A DNA stretch of 64,000 nucleotides from Actinomycetes bacterium (GTDB lineage Bacteria > Actinomycetota > Actinomycetes > Nanopelagicales > Nanopelagicaceae). The notes below the pieces were generated by a model. That model was not told the DNA's origin. It saw only the letters and a list, made by a program, of their open reading frames with translations, and made no database searches. Positions 1-10,108 of this stretch are shown here, in pieces. The stretch is from NCBI GenBank assembly GCA_031360585.1, contig JANMBV010000022.1:31694-95693 (forward strand), in the 5' to 3' direction. The translations under genes were made by a program, and so were the position numbers. Numbering within the stretch: position 1 is the first letter of the stretch; every line of letters starts with the position of its first letter.

Positions 1-989
1 GCAACTACACCGGCGCCAATATGTTCGCGGGTCTTGCAGCAGCTCTGAGTAAAAATTTGTCGGCACCAATGGCCGCCCTCGAGGTAGATGAGATGGTCTT
101 GCCATGGGCCATTAAACAGACCAATCCGGAAATGGTGGTTCTCCTTAACCTGGGTAGAGATCAGCTAGATCGATTATCTGAAGTTCGTTTCGTTGCACAG
201 AAATGGAAAGATGCCCTCGCGGGCTTGCCCAAACAGTGTCTGATACTTGCCGATGCCGATGACCCCTTCGTCGTGTGGGCCGCCCTTGATTGGAAGAACG
301 TTCTCTGGTTTAGCAGTGGCGCGCGCGGCCACATCGACGCATCGACCTGTCCTTCTTGTGGAGTGGTTCTCCAGTGGAGTCAGGACAAGGCGCACTACTC
401 ATGCAGATGTGGATTTGCCAAGCCAGATGCCCAATGGGTACTGAGCGCGGATGAGTTACATGGTTATCAGGGTCAGGCCGTGAAAGTCGTCAGTGGCATT
501 CCCGGTCGAGCTGCACTTTCCAATGCAGCTCGCGCTGTTGTCGTAGCTTCATATTTTGGAGTTTCACTCCAGGACTCTTCGGCTGCGATCTCGAAGGTAA
601 CCAGCGTTGACGGGCGATTTGCCAAGTTAAAGATCGGAAATACAGATTTCCGCCTCCTGCTTTCTAAGAACCCTGCCAGTTGGCGTGAAACCCTGGCGAC
701 AAGCGCTTCGGGTCCAACTTCCGTTCTGCTTGTTGTAAATGCAAATACTCAAGATGGTAAGGACACCTCTTGGCTCTGGGATGTTGACTTCGCTCCCCTC
801 AAGCAGCGATTTGTGGTCGTCACAGGTGATCGTCGACTCGATGTATCGGCTCGACTCACCGTGAATGAGATTCCCCATCATCTAGTTGTCAACGAAAGTG
901 CGGCGGCGACTCTCCTTGGCAAAGTGGAGGCCGATCTCATTGCTTCGTATACCGCCTTTCATCGGTTGGCTAAGTTGGTAGCCAGATGA
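1..989 (+). CDS. murT: Lipid II isoglutaminyl synthase subunit MurT (Mur-ligase family), 5'-partial
   Basis: The frame is open to the window start (N-Y-T-G-A-N-M-F... precedes the M at 21). A Cys4 ribbon (CPSCG...CRCG) and a DUF1727-like C-terminus are typical of MurT. The stop overlaps the start of a GatD-like gene (ATGA). Confidence 0.8.
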   Translation, partial: NYTGANMFAGLAAALSKNLSAPMAALEVDEMVLPWAIKQTNPEMVVLLNLGRDQLDRLSEVRFVAQKWKDALAGLPKQCLILADADDPFVVWAALDWKNVLWFSSGARGHIDASTCPSCGVVLQWSQDKAHYSCRCGFAKPDAQWVLSADELHGYQGQAVKVVSGIPGRAALSNAARAVVVASYFGVSLQDSSAAISKVTSVDGRFAKLKIGNTDFRLLLSKNPASWRETLATSASGPTSVLLVVNANTQDGKDTSWLWDVDFAPLKQRFVVVTGDRRLDVSARLTVNEIPHHLVVNESAAATLLGKVEADLIASYTAFHRLAKLVAR

Positions 990-1681
990 CCTTCACTATT
1001 GTTCATCTGCTTCCAGAATTACTTGGTACCTATGGTGATCGCGGAAATATCGAGATACTCAGTTGGCGGCTCAAGGCACGCGAAGTCCCACACGAAGTCA
1101 TAACGATTGGTGTGGGCGACACCATTCCCACATCAGCTGACTTGTATCTCATAGGCGGCGGCGAAGATGATGCGCAGATTGCAGCGTTAGAATTACTGAG
1201 CAAGAGGAACTCGCTTCAGAGTGCATTGAAGAATGACGCACACATCTTTGCAGTGTGCGCAGGTTTTCAAATTCTTGGAACGCAATTTCCAGCAAGTGGA
1301 GATCGAATAGTTCAAGGTCTCGGCCTTGTTGCTATAGAGACTGTCTCAGCCAAGCATCGCTCGGTCGGAGAACTTCTTTCTCGGCCAACCGTGCCCATAG
1401 AGATGTTGACGGGCTTTGAAAATCACGGAGGGCAGACCCGCTTCCTTGATGAGCTTCAACCATTGGGTCATGTTCTCTCAGGAATTGGAAATGGCCAGGG
1501 AAGCAATGTAGATGGGCTAGTCACTTCGCAAATTGTGGCGACATACATGCATGGTCCAGCATTTGCCAGAAATCCCGACCTGGCTGACTGGATTCTGAGC
1601 AGAAAGTTAGGCGCACTGCCCCCGTTATCTGCCCCGATCTTCAATCAATTGCACGATGAGCGGGTTTCGAAGGCTAAGTAA
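986..1681 (+). CDS. gatD: Glutamine amidotransferase GatD (CobB/CobQ-like GATase), partner of MurT
   Basis: 231 aa with a catalytic-Cys context (AVCAGFQILG) and an HGP motif near the C-terminus. Translationally coupled to murT. Confidence 0.8.
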   Translation: MTFTIVHLLPELLGTYGDRGNIEILSWRLKAREVPHEVITIGVGDTIPTSADLYLIGGGEDDAQIAALELLSKRNSLQSALKNDAHIFAVCAGFQILGTQFPASGDRIVQGLGLVAIETVSAKHRSVGELLSRPTVPIEMLTGFENHGGQTRFLDELQPLGHVLSGIGNGQGSNVDGLVTSQIVATYMHGPAFARNPDLADWILSRKLGALPPLSAPIFNQLHDERVSKAK

Positions 1682-2444
1682 TCTTTGCCCGTCTCACCGG
1701 ATCCCGTGTAATCGGTGGTGTCAGATCACTGAGGAAGTCCTTGATTATGGCTTGGACCAAATCTGGTTTCTCCTTGATCAGGAAATGGGAAGTTCCAGGA
1801 ACGATGGCAAGTTGCCCCTGCGGGATGGCTTCATACATCGAGGTGATGTGGGCAAAACTAAAGTTCTCATCATCGCTTGCCATGATCAATGTCGGGCAAC
1901 TGATCTTGGCAAGATCTTCAATCGAAAGGGTTGGCTCTGTGTTCCAGATTTTCCACATGCGCGCCACCTTCGAATCGATTGCTTCGGGTGCATCGGGTGA
2001 ACGCTGCGCATGCTCTAGCCGATCATCATCGGAAACTTCCCAGAGGCCAATCGGCTCGCCGCCGCTTTCGTGGTGATAGTTGGCGCCGATCGCTACGACT
2101 GAGCGCACGAGATCTGGTCGTTCGATCGCAACCATGAGCGCGATGATGCCGCCATCGCTCCAACCAATGAGGTGGGCCGGCTCTTTAACAGTGTCTTCTA
2201 GGTAGGCGATTGCTTCTTTCGTCTGGAAGGAAAAGTGAAGGCTTCCAATCTGATCCCCTGTGCGACCTTGTCCAGTCCGGTCGTAAGCAAATACGTGAAA
2301 GGAACTCTCCACAGCAGGCATGAGATATCTGTCCCAGTCTTCCGTGGCGCTTAATCCGCCGTGAAGCAGTACGACTGCTTCTCCGTTATTGGGCCATTCT
2401 AGGTTCCATATCTCGTGGCCCCGCAGATTTATGTAGCCGCCCAT
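1674..2444 (-). CDS. Alpha/beta-fold hydrolase
   Basis: 256 aa with an HGG oxyanion motif (VLLHGGL) and a G-x-S-x-G elbow (IGWSDGG). The start abuts the stop of the upstream ndh-like gene (TAAATG). Confidence 0.75.
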   Translation of the reverse strand: MGGYINLRGHEIWNLEWPNNGEAVVLLHGGLSATEDWDRYLMPAVESSFHVFAYDRTGQGRTGDQIGSLHFSFQTKEAIAYLEDTVKEPAHLIGWSDGGIIALMVAIERPDLVRSVVAIGANYHHESGGEPIGLWEVSDDDRLEHAQRSPDAPEAIDSKVARMWKIWNTEPTLSIEDLAKISCPTLIMASDDENFSFAHITSMYEAIPQGQLAIVPGTSHFLIKEKPDLVQAIIKDFLSDLTPPITRDPVRRAKIT

Positions 2445-3653
2445 TTATTGGGAATCCATGATGTGGCGATTGCCGCGGTCGAAGGTGAGGTAGTTCCACA
2501 TCCAGTCAGCCAGAGTGAGAACTTTATTGCGCCCGCCTAACAAATAGAACAGGTGAAGAAATAGCCAGGCAAACCATGCCGGTGCGCCGACGAGTCTCAA
2601 CTTCTTTACCTCAACGACGGCCTTTTGTCGCCCGATTGTTGCCATGGAGCCCTTGTCTTTGTAGACGAAGGGAAGAAGCTCTAGCCCCTTTGAGACTCGC
2701 TCAATCTGTTTTGCGACGAAGGGGCCTTGTTGCATCGCAACCGGGGCAATCATGGGGAGGAAGCGGCCGTTGCTTCCTTTGGCGCCAGCGATGTCGCCTA
2801 TGGCCCAATAGTGGGGGTAGTTCTTTACTTGTAGCGTTGGTTCGACGTCGATTCTTGTTGCCACGATGGGCAGGGAGAGATTGGATGCAAGAGGTTGGCC
2901 CTGTACACCGGCTGCCCAAATCGTGATTTCAGAGGGGATGCTCTCTCCGTTTTTAAGGAGAATCTTCCGCGGTGAAATCTCTTGCACGGCAGTATTGGTG
3001 AGAACTTTGACGCCGAGTTTTTCCAAGTCCCTCTGCGTACGCGAAGATAGTGATGGCGAGAAACTGGGCAGGAGTCGCGGTCCGGCTTCGATCAAGTAGA
3101 TATCAATATGTTTCGCTGCATGTTCTTCGTCAGAAGTGAGAGGGCCTCGTACAAGTTCAGCGAGGGCTCCGGCCAGTTCCACCCCTGTCGGCCCACCTCC
3201 GACCAGCGAAATCGAAAGTCGTGTCTCATCTTGGAATCGGCAGAGATCTTCAAAACGTCGCATCACTTCTGCGCGGATGTTGATTGCCTCCGCCACGCTC
3301 TTCATTCCCAGGGCATGTTCTGCCACTCCCTTGATTCCAAAATCTGCCGTCGCCGAGCCAAGTGCGACGATGAGGTGGTCGAATTTGAGAACCTCACTAC
3401 TATCTAGCTTCACTTCCTTGTTGCGATGATCCACCGAAATAGGCGAACCCATTCGGAATGCAATATTGCTTTTTCGGAGAGCTCCACGAATTGGGTAGGC
3501 GACGTGGTCTGCTGCCAAACCTGCGGTAGCAACTTGGTAGAGAAGCGGCAGAAATGTCTGAAAGTTGTGGCGATCCACCAGTGTCACTTCGGCGATATCC
3601 TTCAGAGTCCGCGCCGCAGCCAATCCACCGAACCCGGCGCCGAGAATGACCAC
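2445..3653 (-). CDS. ndh: Type II NADH dehydrogenase (NDH-2) / FAD-dependent pyridine nucleotide-disulfide oxidoreductase
   Basis: Two Rossmann motifs (ILGAGFGGL and LVGGGPTGVELAG). Length is about 400 aa with a C-terminal amphipathic/membrane tail. The start is a GTG as read from the sequence. Confidence 0.8.
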   Translation of the reverse strand: MVILGAGFGGLAAARTLKDIAEVTLVDRHNFQTFLPLLYQVATAGLAADHVAYPIRGALRKSNIAFRMGSPISVDHRNKEVKLDSSEVLKFDHLIVALGSATADFGIKGVAEHALGMKSVAEAINIRAEVMRRFEDLCRFQDETRLSISLVGGGPTGVELAGALAELVRGPLTSDEEHAAKHIDIYLIEAGPRLLPSFSPSLSSRTQRDLEKLGVKVLTNTAVQEISPRKILLKNGESIPSEITIWAAGVQGQPLASNLSLPIVATRIDVEPTLQVKNYPHYWAIGDIAGAKGSNGRFLPMIAPVAMQQGPFVAKQIERVSKGLELLPFVYKDKGSMATIGRQKAVVEVKKLRLVGAPAWFAWLFLHLFYLLGGRNKVLTLADWMWNYLTFDRGNRHIMDSQ

Positions 3654-3712
3654 CTTAGGTTTTGTAATGACCAGGGCTCCTTATTCGATCGCAGGAGCCC
3701 TAAGTCTAATCT

Positions 3713-4486
3713 TTACAGGGAAACGCGGCTTACCAATATCACGACATCTGCGAGGGCAATGGCCATCACTAATGGGAAAGAAAACCTTGTAGGGGTCACC
3801 AAGAGAAGTAGGACAGTGACAACGCTGATAGGCACTGGTATCCAGAGATGCGTGTGGCTGGCAAGAATTACAGAGACAATCAGAAGTGCGGTTGCCGCCA
3901 CCAACAAGCTAGCTCTTGTATTTAGTCGCTGTGGCAGCCCACGAAGTCCAGCCTTCCGATCTTGCGCCATGTCTTTTACAACATTCGCAAAATGGGCGGC
4001 GACTCCGAAAAGGGCACCGAGTGTCATCAGCCAGATCGGAACAACGTGGTCCTTGCTCAGTGCAATTGCACTTGGGAATGCTCCAAAAGCGATGATGTAT
4101 GGCAGTGGAGAGAGAAATGATTGCTTGAAGTAGAAGTTGTATGCGAGGCCGCAACTGACGGCGAGCAAGTGCAGAGATCCTCCACGCAATCCAAATGGCC
4201 CAAGAAGGGAGAGAAGGATGCACGCGGTCAGAGAGATACCAGTGGCAATCACGACTGTCCGGATCGAGATTGTTCCATTTGCCAACGGCTTATTTTTTCG
4301 AGCCTGCGATCGATCACTATCCAGGTCCACAAGGTCGTTGGTCCAACCGATGCAGAGCTGACCCGTGAATATTGTCAAAGCGATCCCTATCGCCGACCAG
4401 ATCGATCCGGAGGAATTGGCCATGAGGAATCCAGCCAGAGTGACAAACAGGCTTGGTCCAAGATGTGAGGTACGTAGGAGACGCAT
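3713..4486 (-). CDS. UbiA-family aromatic/polyprenyl prenyltransferase (polytopic membrane protein)
   Basis: Carries an N-D-x-x-D-x-x-x-D motif (WTNDLVDLDSD) followed by KNKPLANG, a second Asp-rich motif (KDMAQDRKAG), and multiple TM segments. I used the internal ATG at 4486. The 386-aa track ORF (to 4873) would run through the divergent decarboxylase gene. Confidence 0.65.
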   Translation of the reverse strand: MRLLRTSHLGPSLFVTLAGFLMANSSGSIWSAIGIALTIFTGQLCIGWTNDLVDLDSDRSQARKNKPLANGTISIRTVVIATGISLTACILLSLLGPFGLRGGSLHLLAVSCGLAYNFYFKQSFLSPLPYIIAFGAFPSAIALSKDHVVPIWLMTLGALFGVAAHFANVVKDMAQDRKAGLRGLPQRLNTRASLLVAATALLIVSVILASHTHLWIPVPISVVTVLLLLVTPTRFSFPLVMAIALADVVILVSRVSL

Positions 4487-4522
4487 GCGGAGATTCTGCC
4501 CTGTCGTGGCACACTTGTAACT

Positions 4523-5875
4523 ATGCATGAGTTCACGTTGGAAGTGGAAGACCTCGCAAAGGAAATCCTGTCCTACAGTCTTTATCGTTTGAAGACTGAT
4601 CCACCTCTTGACGGTCCACGTTCTGCTGCGGATCTCTTTATGGAAGTCGGCGACACGATTACCGCAAAGGGTTTGGGGGGACATGAGGCTTTGGATGTCT
4701 TTAAGAGTGTTCTCGCGAAGGCTTGCATATCGACAGACCACCCGCGAAATTTGGCCTTTATTCCCTCCGCCCCCAGTGAATTCGCAAACCTTTTCGATCT
4801 CGTTGTAGGAGCGAGTGCGCTCTATGGGGGGTCGTGGCAAGAAGGATCTGGTGCCGTCTTTGCTGAAAATCAAGCCCTACGCTGGTTATCTGACCTAGCG
4901 GGGTTGCCCCAGAGCGCAGGTGGCGTTTTTGTTCAAGGTGGCACCATTGGAAATCTTTCAGCTTTAGTGGTTGCACGGGCGCAGGCGCGCAAGCTCTGGC
5001 CTCAGACCAATCGATGGGCGATTGCTTGCAGCCAAGAGGCGCATTCCTCGATCTCATCGGCGGCACAAGTCATGGATGTAGACGTGCTGGCCATTGCACC
5101 TGATGAAAATGGAAAACTGCGGGGCATTGATGTCGCTCGCGAAGTGGACAGATTCCATGAGTCGCAAAGTGGTGTGCGTGTGTGTGCAGTGGTTGCTACG
5201 GCCGGCACGACAAACTTGGGAACAATCGATGATCTAGTCTCCGTCGGCAATGCCGCCAAAGACCGCGATCTCTGGTTTCATGTTGATGGCGCCTACGGAC
5301 TTGCCGCCCTCTGTGCGCCGTCGCAAAAATCCAAGTTTGCCGGAATCGAACGTGCTGATTCATTTATCGTCGACCCACACAAGTGGCTCTTTGCCCCCTA
5401 TGACGCCTGTGCCCTTCTCTATCGCCAACCAGAATTGGCAAGGGAAGTTCATACTCAGCACGCCTCATATTTGGAGACCTTGCAAGAGGGCGCATCGTGG
5501 AATCCGTCCGACTATGCAATTCACTTGACGCGGCGCACCCGTGGTCTGCCTTTCTGGTTCTCCCTGGCCGCCCATGGCACTGACGCCTACGCCGAGGCGA
5601 TCGAAAAGACCATCTCCGTCGCCCAGAGCGCGGCAGAACGGATCCGGGAGCACCCCCGTTTGGAGTTGGTCTGCGATCCCGAACTTTCAGTTGTCGCATT
5701 CACCCGACCCGGTTGGGAGGCGGCCGATTATCAAGAATGGAGCGATACCTTGCTCCGCGATCAGGTCGGATTCATCCCGCCTTCGGCCCATCATGGTGCG
5801 CCGATTCTCAGATTCGCCATCGTCAACCCATGGACCAAGGTCAGCGATATCCAGACCCTCCTGGCCACTCTCTAA
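4523..5875 (+). CDS. PLP-dependent group II amino-acid decarboxylase family protein
   Basis: 450 aa. Has a fold-type I PLP-lysine context (SFIVDPHKWLFAPYDACALLY) and HVDGAYG upstream, typical of group II decarboxylases. The substrate cannot be called. Confidence 0.75.
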   Translation: MHEFTLEVEDLAKEILSYSLYRLKTDPPLDGPRSAADLFMEVGDTITAKGLGGHEALDVFKSVLAKACISTDHPRNLAFIPSAPSEFANLFDLVVGASALYGGSWQEGSGAVFAENQALRWLSDLAGLPQSAGGVFVQGGTIGNLSALVVARAQARKLWPQTNRWAIACSQEAHSSISSAAQVMDVDVLAIAPDENGKLRGIDVAREVDRFHESQSGVRVCAVVATAGTTNLGTIDDLVSVGNAAKDRDLWFHVDGAYGLAALCAPSQKSKFAGIERADSFIVDPHKWLFAPYDACALLYRQPELAREVHTQHASYLETLQEGASWNPSDYAIHLTRRTRGLPFWFSLAAHGTDAYAEAIEKTISVAQSAAERIREHPRLELVCDPELSVVAFTRPGWEAADYQEWSDTLLRDQVGFIPPSAHHGAPILRFAIVNPWTKVSDIQTLLATL

Positions 5876-5914
5876 ATGCCGCCACATTCGCCCCATCTGC
5901 CTTAGGCTTGACCC

Positions 5915-6187
5915 ATGGACGAGAGCGCAATGATTATTTCCCCTGCTCACACCAGTGGACTCAGTGACCTTGAGGTGCGGATCCTGGACTTTGAGCGCAG
6001 TTGGTGGCGCTATGCCGGGGCAAAGGAGAGCGCCATCAAGGAACTCTTCGATATGAGCGCGCCCCGCTACTACCAGCTGCTCAATGACCTTATCGACCGC
6101 GAGGATGCTCTTCTGGCCTCTCCCATGCTGGTCAAGCGGCTACGGCGCCTTCGCCAAGCTCGCATGAGCGCCCGCTCCTCCCGCTAG
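5915..6187 (+). CDS. DUF3263 domain-containing protein
   Basis: A 90-aa protein with the remembered DUF3263 signature (ILDFERSWW...GAKE..I...F......YYQ.LN.LID). Lies upstream of groEL, as in many actinobacteria. Confidence 0.7.
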   Translation: MDESAMIISPAHTSGLSDLEVRILDFERSWWRYAGAKESAIKELFDMSAPRYYQLLNDLIDREDALLASPMLVKRLRRLRQARMSARSSR

Positions 6188-6251
6188 TTTTGCGTCTTTC
6201 CCGACCTTTTCCTCATTTGCCCGTTGGGATAGGCCTGCTCTAGATTTAGCG

Positions 6252-7938
<1,687 letters not shown>

Positions 7939-7981
7939 ACGTATTCTCGCGTAGCTCGTACGGCTAGAGTCAGATAAAGAG

Positions 7982-8017
7982 AGGACTCCCGATTACCTCG
8001 GGAGTCCTTTCTGCTTT
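7982..8017 (+). terminator. Rho-independent terminator hairpin after groEL (copy 1 of a 36-bp repeat)
   Basis: Stem AGGACTCCCG (7982-7991), loop ATTACCT, stem CGGGAGTCCT (7999-8008), followed by TTCTGCTTTT. Confidence 0.6.
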
Positions 8018-8064
8018 TAGTTGAATGTGCTTGCATTGTTCTCCTCAAGAGAAACGGAGATGGC

Positions 8065-8619
8065 ATGTCGCGCAGAAAATTCCCCCGCGTCTTCCTCGCT
8101 GCGAGTTCAGTTCTCGTATTGTTAATAACGGTCTCGCCGGTCGCACTTGCCGCAGGTCAAGGCAAGGGTGGCGATCACGGTAGGAAGGCCGATAAGTCCA
8201 CCGTGGGTTCAATCCTCAAAGCAATCCAAGAATCGCCAGTGTTCAATGGCAAAGGTAAGAAATTCGAAAACGATGGCAAGGCTCTGGAATCACAGACGCG
8301 TTCACTCGTTAAGAAGCTCGCAAAGTTAGGCGCTTCAAATCCTGCGGCGCTGGTTGCGATCAATACTTATGCGTCCAGCGTCGATACGGCGACGGCTACT
8401 TTCCAAGTTTCAATCAAGGCTGCCAAAACTACCTATAAGAGTGCTCTGGCAACGGCGATCACTGACGCCTCAAAGCAGGGCGCCGAGACTGTTTACAAAG
8501 CCGCCATTGCCGCGGCGCGGCAGATCTTCAATACGGCTATTGCCGCGGCCAACCTTGCGCTAAAGACGGCGCTGATGACACTGTTTCCGGCGCCTTCCCC
8601 GTCTCCATCCTCGACCTGA
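8065..8619 (+). CDS. Secreted Ala-rich helical protein, function unknown
   Basis: 184 aa. Signal peptide MSRRKFPRVFLAASSVLVLLITVSPVALA|AGQ. Ala/Thr/Lys-rich body with T-Y-x-x-A-[IL]-like repeats and a PAPSPSPSST tail. Confidence 0.6.
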   Translation: MSRRKFPRVFLAASSVLVLLITVSPVALAAGQGKGGDHGRKADKSTVGSILKAIQESPVFNGKGKKFENDGKALESQTRSLVKKLAKLGASNPAALVAINTYASSVDTATATFQVSIKAAKTTYKSALATAITDASKQGAETVYKAAIAAARQIFNTAIAAANLALKTALMTLFPAPSPSPSST

Positions 8620-8642
8620 CCTCCAAAGGGCCGCGAATAGAG

Positions 8643-8690
8643 AAGCAGAAAGGACTCCCGATTACCTCGGGAGTCCTTTCTGCTTTACCC
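8643..8690 (+). terminator. Rho-independent terminator hairpin (copy 2 of the 36-bp repeat, longer stem)
   Basis: A 17-18 bp perfect stem, AGCAGAAAGGACTCCCG (8644-8660) / CGGGAGTCCTTTCTGCT (8668-8684), with loop ATTACCT and then TT. Confidence 0.6.
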
Positions 8691-8697
8691 TTACTCC

Positions 8698-9375
8698 ATG
8701 CCCAAGAAACCTTCACGGACCTTTGATGCACTAGAACTGGCTAGAGACGCGGTTCTGGCCGATGCTGGCGGGGCCAAATTTGTCGGCGAGTTTCTTGATG
8801 TGGATTTTGATGCGGATGCTCGCTTGGCCAGTTACCTCTTTGAGGCATTTCTTCCAGGCTATAAAGGTTGGCGCTGGGTTGTCACAGCAGTAAGAGTCGA
8901 TGAGGATTCAGATCCAACAATCTGCGACGTTGTTCTTCTCCCAGGTCCTGATTCGCTCTTGTCTCCGGAGTGGATTCCCTACATTGAGCGCATTCAACCA
9001 GGTGATATCGGGGTTGGGGATCTACTGCCAAGTGTTGCCGATGACGATCGTCTGGTCCCAGGATTTGCTGCCTTGCCCGGTGATGACGAATTAGATGCGG
9101 TGCAGATGTGGGAATTAGGCCTTGGTCGTCCTCGAGTGATGTCAATCGAGGGTCGTGACCAGGCAAGTACGCGTTGGTATACAGGTGATCGCGGACCTGA
9201 TTCTCCGATTGCCAAAGCAGCGCCAAAACCATGTGCATCGTGTGGCTTTTTCATCCCCATCTCCGGCTCGCTACGAGCTGCCTTCGGAGTTTGTGCCAAC
9301 GCCGTCTCACCTGAGGATGCACGAGTGGTGTCCGTAGATCACGGCTGTGGAGCCCACTCCGAAGTTACCTTTTAA
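8698..9375 (+). CDS. DUF3027 domain-containing protein
   Basis: 225 aa. The C-terminal Cys cluster CASCGFFIP......FGVCAN..SP.....V...HGCGAHSE is typical of DUF3027. It has the conserved position next to csp/groEL. Confidence 0.75.
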   Translation: MPKKPSRTFDALELARDAVLADAGGAKFVGEFLDVDFDADARLASYLFEAFLPGYKGWRWVVTAVRVDEDSDPTICDVVLLPGPDSLLSPEWIPYIERIQPGDIGVGDLLPSVADDDRLVPGFAALPGDDELDAVQMWELGLGRPRVMSIEGRDQASTRWYTGDRGPDSPIAKAAPKPCASCGFFIPISGSLRAAFGVCANAVSPEDARVVSVDHGCGAHSEVTF

Positions 9376-9473
9376 TCCCTGTTCCTCTAGCCGACCACCT
9401 ACTGTAAACTCGTCCCCTGCCCGTAAATCCTTCACGGCTTAAACGAGTTCAAGCATTTTAAAGGAGAGTTCCC

Positions 9474-9857
9474 ATGCCTAGTGGTCGCGTGAAATGGTTT
9501 AGCCTGGAAAAAGGCTTTGGCTTTATCGCCTCCGATGAAGGCGAGGACGTTTACCTGGCGGCTACTTCTCTACCTGAGGGAGTTACCACCGTGAAGCCAG
9601 GAACAAAGTTGGAGTTCGGAGTCGCTGATGGCCGGCGCGGTCCTCAAGCTCTCTCGGTGCGCATTATTGATGCGCCACCCTCACTGGCTGCGCAGGCTCA
9701 CGTCAACAGTGATGATCTCGCGGCGATGATCGAAGACACGATCAAGATCTTGGACAAAGTTGGAAATGGCCTGCGCCATGGGCGCCACCCATCCGCTATT
9801 GAGGCCGAACGTGTTGGCAAAGTTCTTCGAGGAATTGCTTCGCAACTAGAGGCTTAA
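9474..9857 (+). CDS. Cold-shock domain protein with C-terminal extension
   Basis: GRVKWFSLEKGFGFIASDEGEDVYL contains the RNP1-like KGFGFI motif. RBS AAAGGAG at 9461-9467. A 98-nt leader lies upstream. Confidence 0.85.
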   Translation: MPSGRVKWFSLEKGFGFIASDEGEDVYLAATSLPEGVTTVKPGTKLEFGVADGRRGPQALSVRIIDAPPSLAAQAHVNSDDLAAMIEDTIKILDKVGNGLRHGRHPSAIEAERVGKVLRGIASQLEA

Positions 9858-10069
9858 ATTCCGCTTTTTCGCGCCCGCCTGATCGTGTAAAAAATGCCGA
9901 GCATCCCAAGGCTGGCTCCGCAGAGGCATGTCCAGATGACTTTCGATTGGGCATTTACCAGGAGGGCGATCACGCCCGCGACAACCCATGCGCACACGCC
10001 AAGCCAGAGTTGCAGAACAACCGATCTCACATTCTGGGCCATGTGCGAATAGTAGTCCAGGGCATGCAC
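9854..10069 (-). CDS. Small two-TM membrane protein (hypothetical; possibly DUF2530-like)
   Basis: 71 aa with two clear hydrophobic helices (VVLQLWLGVCAWVVAGVIALLV and VIWTCLCGASLGMLGIFYTI) and a basic tail RRARKSGI. Overlaps the csp stop by 4 nt. No motif-level identification; the start is uncertain (10069 or 10042). Confidence 0.4.
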   Translation of the reverse strand: MHALDYYSHMAQNVRSVVLQLWLGVCAWVVAGVIALLVNAQSKVIWTCLCGASLGMLGIFYTIRRARKSGI

Positions 10070-10108
10070 CCATCAAGGGGCGATAGGGTGGCGATCGGAG
10101 GTCGATAG

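Noticed and set aside
3426-4133. 235-aa plus-strand ORF spanning the ndh / UbiA junction
   Set aside because: Antisense to two genes with clear motifs. The translation is Arg/Ser/Cys-rich without motifs.
4487-4873. N-terminal 129-aa extension of the UbiA-family ORF (track ORF 3713-4873)
   Set aside because: The extension runs antisense through the first 350 nt of the PLP-decarboxylase gene and has no hydrophobic or UbiA-like character. The internal ATG at 4486 gives a normal UbiA N-terminus.
9376-9473. Structured regulatory leader upstream of csp
   Set aside because: A 98-nt leader is typical for cold-shock genes, but I could not identify a convincing conserved cold-box or stable alternative hairpins by eye.
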